DNA of 64,000 nt from Strigamia acuminata (taxonomy: Eukaryota): contig OX442314.1 in NCBI GenBank assembly GCA_949358305.1, positions 20,646,001-20,710,000 on the forward strand. Direction: 5' to 3'. Both the position numbers and the translations under genes were made by a program. Below the pieces are notes generated by a model that searched no databases, was not told where the DNA came from, and saw only the letters and a list, made by a program, of their open reading frames with translations. This document shows, one piece after another, positions 26,132 to 41,100 of this stretch (position 1 is the stretch's first letter; each line of letters opens with the position of its first letter).

Positions 26132-27849
26132 CCGCCCAAAACCGAAATTTTAAAAAAAATTTACCAAAATTAAATTAAATTAATTTTTAATGAATTTAAT
26201 AACAGCCCGAATAAATGAATGTACTCCCGAGTAGTAAAGATTGTATCATCCCAACTCACCGCTTTATTACTTAAATATATTGCAAATTTATTCTACTAGA
26301 GGTCCAACAGTTCCAGCCAAATAGATGAAATCAAAGAAAAAAAGCGCCAAGTACGAAACGGAATCTCAACTTACGACACATTTAAGCTATAAATGGCTAT
26401 GACTGAGAGAATACATTAGCTACGCTACGACTCGATATCTTAGTACAAAGGAAGAATAATGCCAACAGGCCAAGGAAAATTGCCTTCTCTTACACGTGCA
26501 CGGATTTCCAAACGAATTATTTGGTGCTTCATCAGCAAACTTAGAATTTTATGGCGTGAGAAAATCCTACGATAAAGGAAAAATACCAAAACCTCATTTA
26601 ACTAACAATTTTACTCGCAAAAAAGTACATCTACCTAACATCAACTCTCTCTACTGCAAAATAAAAATACACAACTTTCGCTCATTTTGGCTCTCGCGGT
26701 GAACTTGAACACAATTCCATTATATTTACCCTAATTAATGCCCTAGTCATGTACTTGTTATACAAAAAAACTCGAGCTTAAGCCTTTATGTGCGATTGCC
26801 AGTCCATTTTCCATTTCTCCCTCCACAATCTGGGATTAAAGTTTCAAACGTAAGATTTGTTGGGGTGGTAAAATCTAAATTCTCAAGGGGAATATAAATC
26901 CACGGGGCCCACACTTGGTTAGCGTGCATATTGCACATTAAAAAACGAGAATTAACTGCCAACACCAGCAAACTTTAAACTTTATCATTCATTTTCGGCA
27001 GAAATTTACTCCGAATAATAAACAATTTCTAATCCCACATAATGCCGCAATTTTTTTTTCTTGTTATTATATACAAGTATACGAAACATTTTTTTTATAT
27101 TATTAGTGCCATCAGAGCAGACAGGCAGCTATAGAAGATCAGCCAGGTGTTTACTCGAGATGGGGGTTCTTTAGAATAGAAAATACACAATTTATCTCGA
27201 TACCTGGCACTTTATCCAGGGCAATGACGGACGAGCAGGTTGACAAAGCACAATTCAATTCCCTCTTCTCGCAAATGCGCTTTTCAAATCAATAAAAAGT
27301 TCTAACAGGGAAGTGTGTTGGTGTACCTTTGAATCGATAATTCTTGGAACACAGACCAAAAACCAACAACAATTTAATTATTTATCTACCAATTTAATAC
27401 AACTTCTGTTTTATTTTACCCATTTCGTTCCAATTTCTTTTTAGCTGAGAAAAACTTCGCTCTAAGTACGGCATTAAAAATTTAACGCATTAAAAATGTC
27501 TCTATTTATTTTTTCTTCCTTTTTTTTCTCAAAAAAGCAGAAATAGTTTTTAAGGACTTAAAGTTAATTAAAAAAGAAATTGGTTTTAGAAAAAGTGTTG
27601 TGGTTTTCTTAATGTACTCTGCGCCCACTCGCGTTATTGAATCTCGAATAAAAACTGCACTTTCATGCTCTAGCTAATAATGACATCACACCATTAGACC
27701 AAATAACGTTGGCGTTAAAACCAAGCCGGTTAAACTCCATGCAAACTAACAAGCACGTAACCTCAAGGTGTTTACTATCTGGAATTCAGCACCAACATTA
27801 TTTGTTCTTAACAACTGTGAAGCCATGACTCAATGGTAAATGCTTACTA

Positions 27850-27873
27850 AGTGGTTACATCAGTGGTTACATC
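27850..27873 (+). repeat. 12-bp tandem duplication AGTGGTTACATC x2
   Basis: Read directly from the sequence. Confidence 0.85.
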
Positions 27874-29106
27874 ACTGGCCGCTACGCTGCATTGAACGAA
27901 GCGCAGGTCTTATTTCAAGGTGTAAGTGTTTTTGTTTTGTGATGTTAAAAAAAATACAAGAACAAAATACAAAATAAAGTCATTTAAACATGTTTATATT
28001 TTTTAACTAGTCTAAAAATGTCAAATTTAACGTCAAATTTCAACGAAACAAACCAAATCACACGAATTTCACCAACAAAATAGATTTTCTAAGTGAAATT
28101 TTTAATAATTTACAACCAGAAAAAGAAAAGAAAAAAAAACCTTTTAAAGCATTAACCTTTAATCCAACTCGTAATATGAAGTTAAACCATTCCCTCGCCA
28201 TTACTATCATTCAATCCGTTAAACACTTAATTGCACACCTTCATCCCGATACAATGCAACTAAATTCAACCCCTCCCTCCCTTTCAGATATCCTTAATTC
28301 AGGCAACTCTTCCGCTTCCATCAGTCTCTAAAGGACCCCTTTTCAACAAATCTTGCCTCAAGAGGTCAACCCTCTGGTTCTCTCTTGATCGCAACACCGA
28401 GCACAGATTGCTCCTCGGCCACTAACGCTTCAATTAAGACCCCTCAACCATCCATTGCCCCCTCAAACTCTGTCTCGGCGACCTCCATTCCCCACAGTGG
28501 CAAACATCAACGCCTCATTACACGTCTGGACACACACCACCGACCCTAGTGGCAACTCCTTCAACATGCAAACGCATTTAGTCGCAATAAAACTCGATAT
28601 TCTATCCCTTAACACAATTTAACATGCAGATGCAAACATTTCAAATGCATTTCCTCCCCAACATAACACACATGAGCGCTTTCTACAATGGGGGAGACAA
28701 GCGCAATCCCCTTCATCATCATCATCATCGTATGTCTGATCCACTCGGGAATAAACACGACCCAAACTGACCAAAGGATGATTTAAGGAATAAATACGCC
28801 GCTGTCATGTCGGAGCAGATCCTCATCCATCAAAATAACGGGGCACTCGTCACCAGCCTGCGCTTCATGTAAGAGATCAATCACTTTTTATCGCGTGCAA
28901 TCCAAACAATTTTAAAAATACACTTTTCATTTTCTTGTTTGTCGTCTGGGTAGAATACAAAAAAAAAATTAAATAAAAACAACAAGCAAAAATAATCCGC
29001 CAGCGCTCTATTTGCTCATCAAAATTGGTCCTGGAAAAGGTCATCGAATTCCTCACTTGGCTTCGTGCCAGAAGTTCCAAGGAATAACAAATCAACTTTT
29101 TATTCC

Positions 29107-29151
29107 ACTCACCTGAGATAAAATACACATCCGAAAATAGATAAACCAAAA
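29107..29151 (-). promoter_or_regulatory. Candidate recursive splice site (3' splice site immediately followed by a 5' splice site)
   Basis: Minus strand TTTTGGTTTATCTATTTTCGGATGTGTATTTTATCTCAG|GTGAGT, junction 29113/29112. Confidence 0.4.
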
Positions 29152-32100
29152 CTATCGAATGTTTGCAAATTTATATCCCGAAAAATCAATAAACAATAAA
29201 TTAACGACCACTTTGGCATCAGATAAATCTGAGTTATTATCTATACTGTCCTACTAGTGCTAAATTAATTAAAATGATGTCACCATGCTAATCAGTGTAT
29301 TCGCATTTTTAGCCCATATTCCCGGTCATTTCCTCTGATTAATCTTACCCCAAGTGGAGGGACGGTGAATTATTGATGCAGGACACTCCTCGCCGCTATC
29401 AAGACGAATTGAATCGGTTTGTGCGTGCTCATCGCGGGCGGTCCTGCACATGACACAAACGTTTCCCCTTCTTGCCATTAGTTCACATTAGAATACATTT
29501 GATTCACAACGTGAAATCATAAAAGTTCCCTACTCTTCCGCAGAGGGCGGAAATAGAATAAAATATTGGTTCAAACTTCAAAGAACTCGCACAAAAACAT
29601 CAAACTGTACATGGTTTTAATTCAAACAAAAAATAGGACGACAAGGTTAAAAATGAATCAAAGTTCCATCGCAGTTCTTTAACAATTTATTCGTAGTTGA
29701 TGTATGCGCAGAAATTAAATTTAAGTAGTTACCTACGAACTTTATGAGGAAAAAATGATTAAAAGTTGATAGCCTTAAGCTCGACTTGCTTAGTTCCCAG
29801 CAAGGAATTGAGCATGGAACTGAGGAAAAGGAAACTGCACATGTCATTAGAAATGAACCCTGCAAGGCAGTGTAGGAGGGAAGAAGAGCAACTCAACTCA
29901 ACCCCAACGGCTTAATTAATCCCCTTTCTATGCCGAACGGTGTGCTGGAAAAAAATGAGAAAATGCCAAGACTTTTCCCCTTTTACATTTAAATTCCACT
30001 ACACTCCGTTCAGCCATGTATATTCATGAAATTAAAAAATAAATAAAAAAAATTTTCTAAAATTTATTTATAGAAAAAATATATATAGAAACTGTATATA
30101 TATACCGGTATATATATGTGTGTGTGTATTTTCTTTTTAAATTGGCTTTTGCGATGTGTTCGGTGATGTCTCCGTCTGTTACTAGCGACACCAATTGGGT
30201 TTGGGTTGAAGACTCCCTGGGAAGGACGGCGCATACACTACAAGACACGAACAACCACTTTGCCTTTCAAGACTTTCAACATGTCTGACAACAATCAGAG
30301 ATTTGTGCACGACATGACACCCTTCAATCCACGGGAGGTCTTTTTAAAATCACACAAAAACACCTGTCCGACTTCTGCCAATAACATCTGTGCATTTTAA
30401 AATCCACCATATAATTAAAAGTTGAGATTAATTAGTGACGTTTGTTGCTCATTCTTCCAAACACCGAATAATACCTCAAAAATAAGCCTTTTTTCCTGCT
30501 CTGCTTTTAATTCTCTACCAAATCCAATTAATTATCACACATTCATATTGGATCGTAGAGTGGTCTGGAAGAACCATCGATTTCCACCGGTTTGCAAGAT
30601 CTCCACACGATAAGACCTTAAATTATTCTTTGCCACTTGAAAACAGTAAACAAAGTCTCCAACACACTTTCCTTTCCGTACGAACCTCGGCCTAAATCCC
30701 TATGTAACTAAAACAACAAAGTTTTTACCTTTATCGACAATATAGCTTCACTATAACACTTTATTTGGCACCAAAGCCACAAACTTGTCAATTTATGATC
30801 CATCAAAGCCGACTTTAATCAAACCCCTAGCTATCATCGGACCACCTGCAAATACACATCACACCAATTGCGTTCAGTGTCTCGCGAATATCACACTGGC
30901 ACACAAAAGGGCCAAGTGGACACATCAGCAACACCTGTACCTTAGCTCGTAGTGGCCATACTCAAAGTAAGAAAATTAACCCAGGGTCTCTGACTCCTTT
31001 GGTGATTAACAGTCCTATTAAGACTGGCAACGACTGAGCAATGCAATTACCAAGCTTTCAGCAGCAAAGGCCATGAAGGGACGAGTTGAATGCCCACCGC
31101 AGAATACAACCCTGCCATGTTTCTTCATCAACCCCCCCCCTTCCCCAACATCTCCCTTTTCTTGTTAAAATTGCTCAACTACAACAGCAAACTCACTTCT
31201 CACTTAATCCCCTCCCATAATGCAAGGACAACTTAATTAGTTGAGCTTACAGAAGAAAGAAAATTTGACACCAACCCAAATCCTCTTGCTTAAATTCTAG
31301 GTGAGGGTTATTTGTTTTAATGTGTTTCTGTTGCAAAACTGCGGTGATGAGACGAGATAAACATTTTTTTCTTGTTGTGTCTGCACCGAACACGAGAAAA
31401 AAAGAACACAACAAAGATTTAAATTATAGGGGAAAGGGGAAACTGTGTAACAAGGAAACACAATACCGAGATTCTTGTCTCGGCTCTCTTATCAGTCCGA
31501 AAATAAATAAATGAGATTGCATCTATTAGCAGTTGCTGATTCTTCATTCCTGAAAAGAACGAAATGCCGAAATAAACCTTTATTTGTGCGGTCAAAGGAA
31601 TTTTTAGTTTATTGAGCGCGGAGATTAAAGTTTTGTTTTCTTTTCAATAAAACTTGTGTAATCACCAAACTTTGTCGGGAATTTCTCCACATTTTAGAGG
31701 TTTTTGACAAAATATGGCTGCCATCTGACAGTTTTTTGAAAGACTGCTGTAGCTCGTGCTGTCAAAGGTTGACGTTCGAATTTCCTTTTCATAAGGTTTT
31801 TTACTCTTTTATTTATTACAAGACCGCATTCAGTCGACACGTAGTAAGATAAATGACGTGAAAGGATCGAGGAATAAATTTAAGTACATTAATTAATTAA
31901 TAAAATTAAATATAAAATTCCCACTATTTCAATTTTTGATTTTTTTTTTAAAATAAAAATTTTGAAAACCCATTTTATTGTCGTCAATAAGAAATGGCTT
32001 CAACCTAAAATAATAAAACCCGTATAAAATATTAACCGTTTCAAACTTTGTTTTCCGCTCACACATTGCACCAACATCGCAAAACTTTTCCTCCACAAAA

Positions 32101-35017
32101 CAGGAAAAAAAGCTATCCAAACCCATTGTTTCTTTCAACAGACAGCACCTTTACAAACTCTTGATTGATTCGAGTCACGTTTTCCGCCCGTTCCTACTTT
32201 ATTTACACCAAACCAACACAAGATAAACAAGTGAAAATGGGAACAAAAAAATCCAAGAGCACATCTCAAACGTGTCGATTTCCAATTAAGACTTTTACTT
32301 CTTGTTTACTACATCGTTTTACCAACTAAATTCACTAATTAATGCCAATCTTCCGAAGGAAGTATGTTGTCGTTCTTCTGAATTTTATAATTATAAAACG
32401 GATACGAATTAAACTCCTCCCGTTACTCCGTCGTATAGTATATAAATCAAGTTTAAAATTTTATAAATTAAATATTCTATTGACACTGAGTTATTGTATG
32501 AAACGTGACAGAAATTCTAATTGCCATTAACGTTAAAAGCAATCAAACCAATAAAGTGAGTTCAACGATAGAAGAAGTCATTTTTAATTCATAATAAGTT
32601 GGTTTAAGTGTCACCCAATTTTGTATGTTTCTCTCACGTACGACGAACAACAAAATTTCAAACGAAGAAAAAAAAATTGATCTAGAAAATATAAAAATCG
32701 ACTTTTTGAAGACAAAAATGAGATTGGTTTCTTATTCGTTGCCAAAATTACATTTTTCCAAACAACTCATTCTTCTCGTTATATTAAAGATATTGTCAGA
32801 AACAAATCACATGGTGAAATTGAACTTATAAATCTTTCTAAACGGTTGTAAAACATCAATTTTTATATAGAAATGAAGAAGCAAAAATTCCAATAGTAAT
32901 TTGCAATGAAACCGAATTCAAAACTATAAAAAAAAATATCACAGCAAGATAATTTCTTTTCCAATTAATTAACCATACAAAGTTTGGAGTCGACAAAAAC
33001 CCATTGAATCTTCCAATTTTAGGCTTAACTGTGCGGCGCATACACCCAATGACGCCATTTGTTCCCAGTTAAAACGAATTACGTGATAATTTCATACGTC
33101 AACAGTACAAAATGCATCACAGAGAAGCCACTGGGGCTGCATTTAAAAGTAACATGTTTTGTATGTGAAATTAACCTTTCCTCTCCATTAATTTTGGTCC
33201 GCACAACACGAAAAATATGCATGCTATAATAATTAATAATACATAAACTATACACCAACACATGAAAGAAAAAGTTACTGCTGATAGACTCTGTAGATTC
33301 AATACCATATGCTACCTAATTTACATATAGACAAGCAATATCACATAATGCATACCGTCACATATTGGCAGCAGAAGCAACTCAAAATAGAGAAGGGAAA
33401 AAAATCGAAATCCTTCAATTCAAACATAAAAAAAAAAAATTTCCCAAACTTTTAAGCCCTTTCATCGTTTTTTTTTCCTGTATTTATTTTATTTAAAAAA
33501 ATCCTTTTTACAAGAAATCATCCATTAACCTTAGAGCAAATCTCACTCAATTTCCCAGCCAACTTCCCTGTAACTCCACTACTCTAAAAAGAAAAGAAAA
33601 AACGTCGAATAAGGTAAACAAAATGGATCTGGAACACACAGCACATTTCCTCTCGATCTAAAAATAAAAAGCTCGTTGGATTTAAGCACTCAAATCGCTA
33701 CTGTTTATCCCGGACTTAAACCCCGATCAATATTTCACCAAAACTTGGCCTCGTCATATTTTCCACAACAACAGAGCAGATTTTTCCATCTCAATCTACA
33801 TCTTATTTGCATAGGCCTCCAGTTTTTACACACTAAGTTTGACGCAAACACAAACTAACAAATCCAACCCACGGTAAAGAAATTGTCAAAACAAATCAAT
33901 TAAACATACAATTAATATTTAAATTAAGCACGGCAAACCCTTCAGATATACCTAATCCTTCGCTTCACAACAAGCTTTCAAAACTTCTTTGAATAAAAAC
34001 AAATTTTAATTTAATTTCAATTTTTTTAAAAAACAAATCTTCCAGTAATAAACCAAGAAAAACAAACTTAATTTTCTAAATTCTGTTTTTAAATTTTTTT
34101 AAAAACTTAATCCGGTTTTAAAATGTTTTTCTTTGCTTTCTTTTTTTTCCACTTCTGCACAAAAAATACTTTTTAGCGTTTTAAAATATAAATACAACTA
34201 TAAATAAACTAAGTCAAAACTTAGACAAAGTGATTTTATCAGTAAAGCCTAACGCCCCTAACATTTTAAACATTTAAAATATTCTCAAAAGAAACCAAAA
34301 TAGACCCAACCGTCAGCTTTAACATCTTAAATAATATTCAACAAAAATTTCACCCTCAAGAAGAAAGAAAGAAAATTATTCAGTATTGCAACATCTATTT
34401 GCTTGAACATCCTATTGAATTGATTTCCCATGATGCAAAACCTGCCCTGAACGAAACAGCCTTCCCTAAAAAAACTCTTGACCACACAGCCAAAAAAACA
34501 ACCAAAAAAAAAACCAAGTTTTGCAGGCCTCAACCCATAAACCTCAACCATAACCACCTCCTTATCTGAGGAAATAACAGCTATGATGGACACTGGATCC
34601 AATAGCCATCATCATCTTCAAGTGAGAGAAGGCTTTTGCATGATTGCTGCCACTTTTACCCAATCCCAACTTTTATTCCCCATAAATTGCAGACTCCAGT
34701 CTCCAGTTTTTATGTATGATGATTTATAAGCAAAAAAAAACGCCATTTCATACACACAAAATTTTTTTTCCTGCTTAGAGTCTGTTCACCACATACAGAG
34801 TGAATTTACTCTACCCTTCGTAAATTCTATGCTTAGCGCAATGTTAACTACATCGTTCAAACAGATTTTATTGCGATTTCTATACAGAACTATGCTCTAC
34901 CCCAACAGTCTCCATTAGGTGCATTTTTCGCTCCAAAGGTAACCTAGACAAAACCAATTCTACGACTATTTCCTGTGGAGCGCTTCGTTTCAGCTCCTGC
35001 GCATCAAAAACATCTAT

Positions 35018-35121
35018 TGGCGGCTGATTTAGCCTGCATTCAGTCGCAGTGAGCATGCGCACAGAATTGAAAGCGCAAAACATGTTCTTCTGCAATTTTA
35101 AACTGACTTTTCGAATGCAGC
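35018..35121 (+). mobile_element. Dispersed repeat copy 1 (core plus right terminus)
   Basis: Core TGGCGGCTGATTTAG..TTCAGTCGCAGTGAGCATGCGCA. It ends GACTTTTCGAATGCAGC (35105-35121), the reverse complement of GCTGCATTCGAAAAGTC, one mismatch from the 24474 terminus. Confidence 0.65.
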
Positions 35122-38100
35122 TACTGTTTCAAACCATTCCGTTTGACATTTATACAATTGCAGCGTCATTTTTAAGCACTAACTGACTCAACCACGAATA
35201 AGCCTGCCTGCTTAAACTATATTGCAACAATAAAATCTAAGCCTGCTCTTTAAGTTTGAACAATATTGCCCCATAAAAGCCCATTTACTTCCCACTGCAG
35301 CTTAGAATACATAAAATAGCGTCCTTTCACCCCAAAAAATCCAATGTACCAAAATTGTAAAATAAGCAACTATAAATCAATCAATATGGGCGGCTCCAAT
35401 TCCTTCCCCGCTATGCCAGGAACAAATCATACCGCTATATTGCTCATCCGATCATTCCAGCCTTAGGGAAGCGCTGCACAGTGGTATGCAGTCATTTCAT
35501 GTTAACATCAGGTCACCAAAAGATGAGACAGACACTCAGAGTATTACACGGATGCTTCACAAAAATCTAATCTGCTTATTAGGGCCCCTATGAGAAGGGG
35601 AAAATGGAGGAGATTGGAGCCAAGGGGAAGGGGGAGAAAGAGAAATCTCCTAATGAACCCCCTCTCTGCCAATAACCGAGGATTTTAATCAGAACGATAC
35701 ACGACTGGGAATAAATGAGACAAGACTCACATATCCTACATCAACACTAATCAACTTCCAGTTGCTTGCAATTGCTTCTCCACTTTTGATTGTATCAAGC
35801 AATGAAAATCCTTAAGGCGGCTTCACGTTCCTTCAAAAACGACAACATTTCATCCAGGTAATACGTGTGCTCTGCTCTCGACTCAAAATACAAGGCCAAC
35901 ACATTTTCTTTTAAGAGTCGAGCGAGAATTTGCAAAAGAACAAGCTGCCAGCTTAAAAGTAAGCTTGTTAGGACAAGTAAGCCATTAGGTTTCTACAGTT
36001 AAGGAAGCTGCTTTTGGGTTCAACTTAATTAAACAAAATTAAATGTAGTTATAAACAAGAAATGTGTTGCCCGAAGTCATTCTAAATGGGTTCGTATTAA
36101 AATCCATCACATTTTATTTTTGTTTTGTTTTGAGTTGTTGTTTTTGTGCTGTATTATTATTAGTTGAAGATATAAAAAGCGAACAAATTGGTTTCGCAAT
36201 GTAATGGCTAAGGGATTACTTCTCCTGGCTCCAAACAAGAGATGAGGGCTTAAAACCAGCCGAGCAAAGCGAAATAAAACTGGATCTACATGTTGGTTTT
36301 TAACACAGGTACATCACTCCTTCACTCGAAAATTAACAAGGGGAAAGTTGACCCTACGTGTAGGTAGAAGTTTTTTTCGGTTTAAACAAAACTTTAATTT
36401 TACGAGCTGAAACAAAAACCGTCTAAGACGATATCCAATAAACGACGAAGGAATAAAAAACCTGCCACGTGCAGAAGAAACACGGATTAATTTACCTTCT
36501 GCTGTTTTCTATTTTTGAAAGCAACTAAGACCCTGTTAGTGCTAAGACTGGTGCTTTTGTTTACTCAATTTCGCAAAACCATTACAAAAAAATTATCTCT
36601 TATTAAACACAATGTAAAAAAAAATTATAATTGCAAAGCAATTACTATTTTTAAGCTTAAAAAAAATATACAAAAAAAAACTTCCAATTTTGTGCGTATT
36701 TGTTTCGTATACATTCGCTCTAATTTTCCGCATTGGGGTAAAACGCATCAATCATCGCCATGTTTATTTTAAGAATCTTTAATTACTCGCCAAAAATTCT
36801 TCAAACTCATTCATTGCTTTATTTTTTACCAAACTTTTTCGAAAACACCCCAGATGGGGGAATAAAAAGATGGGGGAGAAGTTAACAGGAAAAATTATGT
36901 ATAGAGGAAGGAAAAGACACATTAATTCAGCAGAGCAAGGATGCATATAAAAAAAAGCGGGAATCATCACTTGGACACGATTGCACAGCCCTCAGAAGCC
37001 TATTATGGCAAAAAGCAAGCCATTGGGATCAAATTATCAGACCATACAAGAGATGATCTGAGCAGATATAAAATCAGAAGGGGAAAGGAAAAGGAAGAAG
37101 CCCTCCAACATCACCACAATAAGCCATTGACAAACTGCCTGCTAGCTCTCCCATTGCTGAATTGAAGCAATGGAGCGAAGCTCTCAGCAAACCAACAGCT
37201 CCGCTAACTGATTTAGAACCTTTCATTCACTCAAGGCCCTATGGCTCTATAGATTCAGTGGACTGTGAAGAAAAACACACAAACAAACAAAATGGCAAAG
37301 TCCAAATGCACAACTTTAAGTGGCTATAGCTACAACTCAAAAGTTTTCAGTTTTCACACAGGGGAGCAAACTCGGAGCTGAGCCTTTTGTAGTTTTAAAA
37401 GAATTATTCATGTCATCCGCATAAATACGGAGTTTGAAAAATAAAGCAGCCAAATGTTATCAAGAGAATGGTCCAGCTCAACACTTTGCTGCCATTTGTA
37501 TATTTCACGTCGCCTCTTTGTATCTTACAAGCACATTGTCATGCATTTATTCAGCAGCCATGCAAAAGTTATCCTCCTATCTCATTTCCTTATTATTATG
37601 GATAGAATTCTCAAACACACAAGTGGGTTCAACTTAAGCCCAGCCCCATTTTCATTTCATGCGTGGACCAGTGCCAAATGAAATAAGGCAATGAAATAAT
37701 GCAGCAAACAGGAAAAGAACCTCGCCAAATAATAAGATCCCTAAAACCTTTGATGAAAACATTAAGATATGATGATGAGAAACTGCAATTCCCCCATGGT
37801 GTGGCAAATAAACATAAAACCAGATGCCTGAAGACGCACTAATTCCATTTCCTCAATTCATGCGACAAAACAAACATGGCAAAATGAAAAACTAAGAAAA
37901 GAAAAAGAAACAAAAAAAGAAAAACAATAAAAAAAAGAAAGAAAGAAACAAGTCGAATAAAAAAAAATTTCTCTCGGGAAAAGAAAACAGGCCCAATGTG
38001 TGTAATGTGTATATATACATTCCTAAAAAATTTCACTTTGTCTTTTCTCAAAAATTCGATCTTGTGGAAATATTACTCTTCAGTGGAGCATCAAACCACC

Positions 38101-41100
38101 CTAGTCGCCACGTTCCACATCTGACTGAACTTATTGATCTGTTACACACACACATTCTCATAGTATAACCCCTACTACAGAGCAGGAACCAACACTACAG
38201 GGTGAATGACTGTGAATAATTAATACACATTCACTACAGCACAAACTAATGTTCCTACAATAAAAGCCTTGTATTTCACTGTTGCAAGCTGCATTAATCA
38301 CCAAGGAACTCTACCGATGATATGTATGGAAATTTGATTGCCAACTCAATTGTCACGGGCAGTATGGCGTCATACGGCATAAATTTCAGCTCCCTTCTTC
38401 CCAATTCACAGTGAAATTAAGTTTCCTGTCAATTTTTATTCGTTGCCTTCCTTCCCACTTACAATGTGGTCGTTTAGATATTTTGTCAAGAAAATTTCGT
38501 TTCATTTTGTTGAAAAAAAACAACAAATGTACGTCCAATTTTCTGCTCATTGGCATTTCCAGCTTAAGGTTAAGTTAAGCTTTTCTTCATTTCGGCAAGA
38601 GCACTTATATTTGCGGCAACCCCCAACTGTTCGCGGCTTAATACCATCTGCAAACACCAGGCAGCATACAAGTTGCTTCTGATATACCTTCACTGAGCAT
38701 GCTCAGTTGCATTATCACCAGGAGTATCTGGCAAGGATTACTGGAGAAATTACTAATAGATTTAGATGATATGGGACTAATGTCCACACATCAAGCAACC
38801 GCAGTGATTTAGGTTCAAGTATGTAAGACCTAAATTAAAATTCAGCTGTAGTATTTTTTTAAAAAAAAGTTATTGAATTTTTCTATATAAATCTTGACAA
38901 ATATAAAATAATAAAAACATAAAGAAATAAAAAATCTCACTCACTTGCCCCCTAACTCATCTAACCATGCTCAAGTACTCGACCAGAAGGCACGGACCAA
39001 CGAGTCCCTGGTCACTCGGCTACACTTGCCACTTCACTTTCAACTCTTCACCAACCATCACCACAATCTTCCAGCTAACACCCAACACCACACTTTCTCC
39101 CTCCCAGTCCCTCCCCAACCGCTCTTTCACGCCCACTTCAGCCACCAGGCTGCAGCTCTACTACCTCAACTCGCTTTCCAACCAACGGCCGTTATTTGCC
39201 AAGTCTCCACGAAAACATCCAACCAAGTCAACTTGGCCAACCTTTAAGACCCCACATGAGCCATAAGGTGCAACTCTTTATGGCCAACCAGGTCCGATAT
39301 CACTTTCTTACTCTTTAGTCCAGCTGCAAACCAACTGAATCAGCAACTCTATATGATTTGTCGCTTTATTCCCACAAACGGCATTAAACCAATAGAAACT
39401 ACTGACAATTTACAATGTCTCCTTTAATTTACGGCCTCTATATCATCGCAACTATTGCTACAGTTTGCGCACAAAAAGGTGAAAATCGCAACACTTGAAC
39501 TGAGTGGATTTTAAAACAAAGCCCAAAAGAGAATTGGCTGCACATTCCTATGGGACTTAGTTATCACAAATCCTGAACCAATCCCAAGATTTACTACGCA
39601 CGAAAGATAGAGAGAAAGAGAGGAGAGATTTAGACTCTGGGTGAATAGAGGGGCCGAGAAACAAAATACAAATAAAGATGTCCAAAGGGAATATAGTATA
39701 AAAGAAATATAAAGAGGAAAAAAATTGTGAAAAATTTAGGCTATTTGCAGACAAATCCCTTGGAAAGCTGACATTTTATCCTATTTCAGGGAATTAAACA
39801 TCGATTTTTGAGCCAAACTTTTTCTCCTTGCCTTTTTCCATATGATATGAATGTTTTATGTTAAATACAAAAAAGAAAATAAAATAAAAATAGAAAAATA
39901 AAAAAAAATTAGAAACAAATTACTCTCGACTCGAAGAAAATAAGCTATCATATATATTTTTTCCCCGAAGAAAGTAAAAAAAAAACTAAGGATTTTCTTT
40001 AGTATTTCAACTCAAGTAAAAAAATGTAAAGTGGCTAAAAAAATATTCTTTAAATATTTATGACAAAAAGTTCGCATGAACGATAAGTCTGTTAAATTAA
40101 TAACTCGCAATAATGGACTTTGTCGAAATCGCCTGGATTTTTGAGCAAATGGTGATATAAAATAGTAATGAGAAATAAGCAGCCACACGGTTTGAGGTAA
40201 AACATACAACTACATTTCTATAAATATTTTTACAAATATGTAAATCAGTTCCCCTCCCTCAAGTAACCACATAGACTTAACCCTTTTTAACATAGTGGGT
40301 CACTGAGTTGTGACCCTAGTGACCAAACATATTGTCACCTCCAAAACCCTTTTCAAGCGCCAGTTTAAACAAAGGCTAAAACTCCTAAAAAAAATTTTGA
40401 AAAATGGAAAATCGCTTTAAATATTTAAAATACATGTGAAACCTTTTTGCAAACATCAGCAATTTAGTTTTTACATACAAATCACACCCTAGTGATAATT
40501 TTTCTATTAAAACATTTCTCCCAAAAATATATTAATTTTACCACCCATTGAAAATTCCAAAGGAAATTCAAATGTGAGCATTTAAAGACGTCTTTAATTG
40601 TCACAATTCTATTAAATTAATGTGAGTGTATATATATACAATGCTGTCATAATATTACCATAAAAAACTCAACACCAAATTCATGCACATATTTATACTG
40701 TAACACAGCCAAATAGAACAATCTTGACTGATTGACTCAAAATTGTCCAATTTGGCACAGTCGCAAAATGTAAATAATTTTTTTTTAAAATTTTGAATGG
40801 CATGTGAAAGAATTGCAATGGTTCATGGAAGAAGCTGAAGTCGGCTTAAGCCTGTCGTTGCCATAATTGGTATAGTGCCAAACAAAACATCACATGATAC
40901 AGTATTGTTAACCAATCCTAAAGCCCCACAGTCAATTCTACAAAGACCACAAGTACCGCAAAATATTATATTCTCCATTTTCACTAGGCACATTCAATAA
41001 AGCCGTATTACGAAATTTAACACGAGAATCTCGCGCAAAATCTTATTTTGACTCTCGTGGCACGACAAAAATAGCACGACTTAAAGTCCGACAATCTCGT

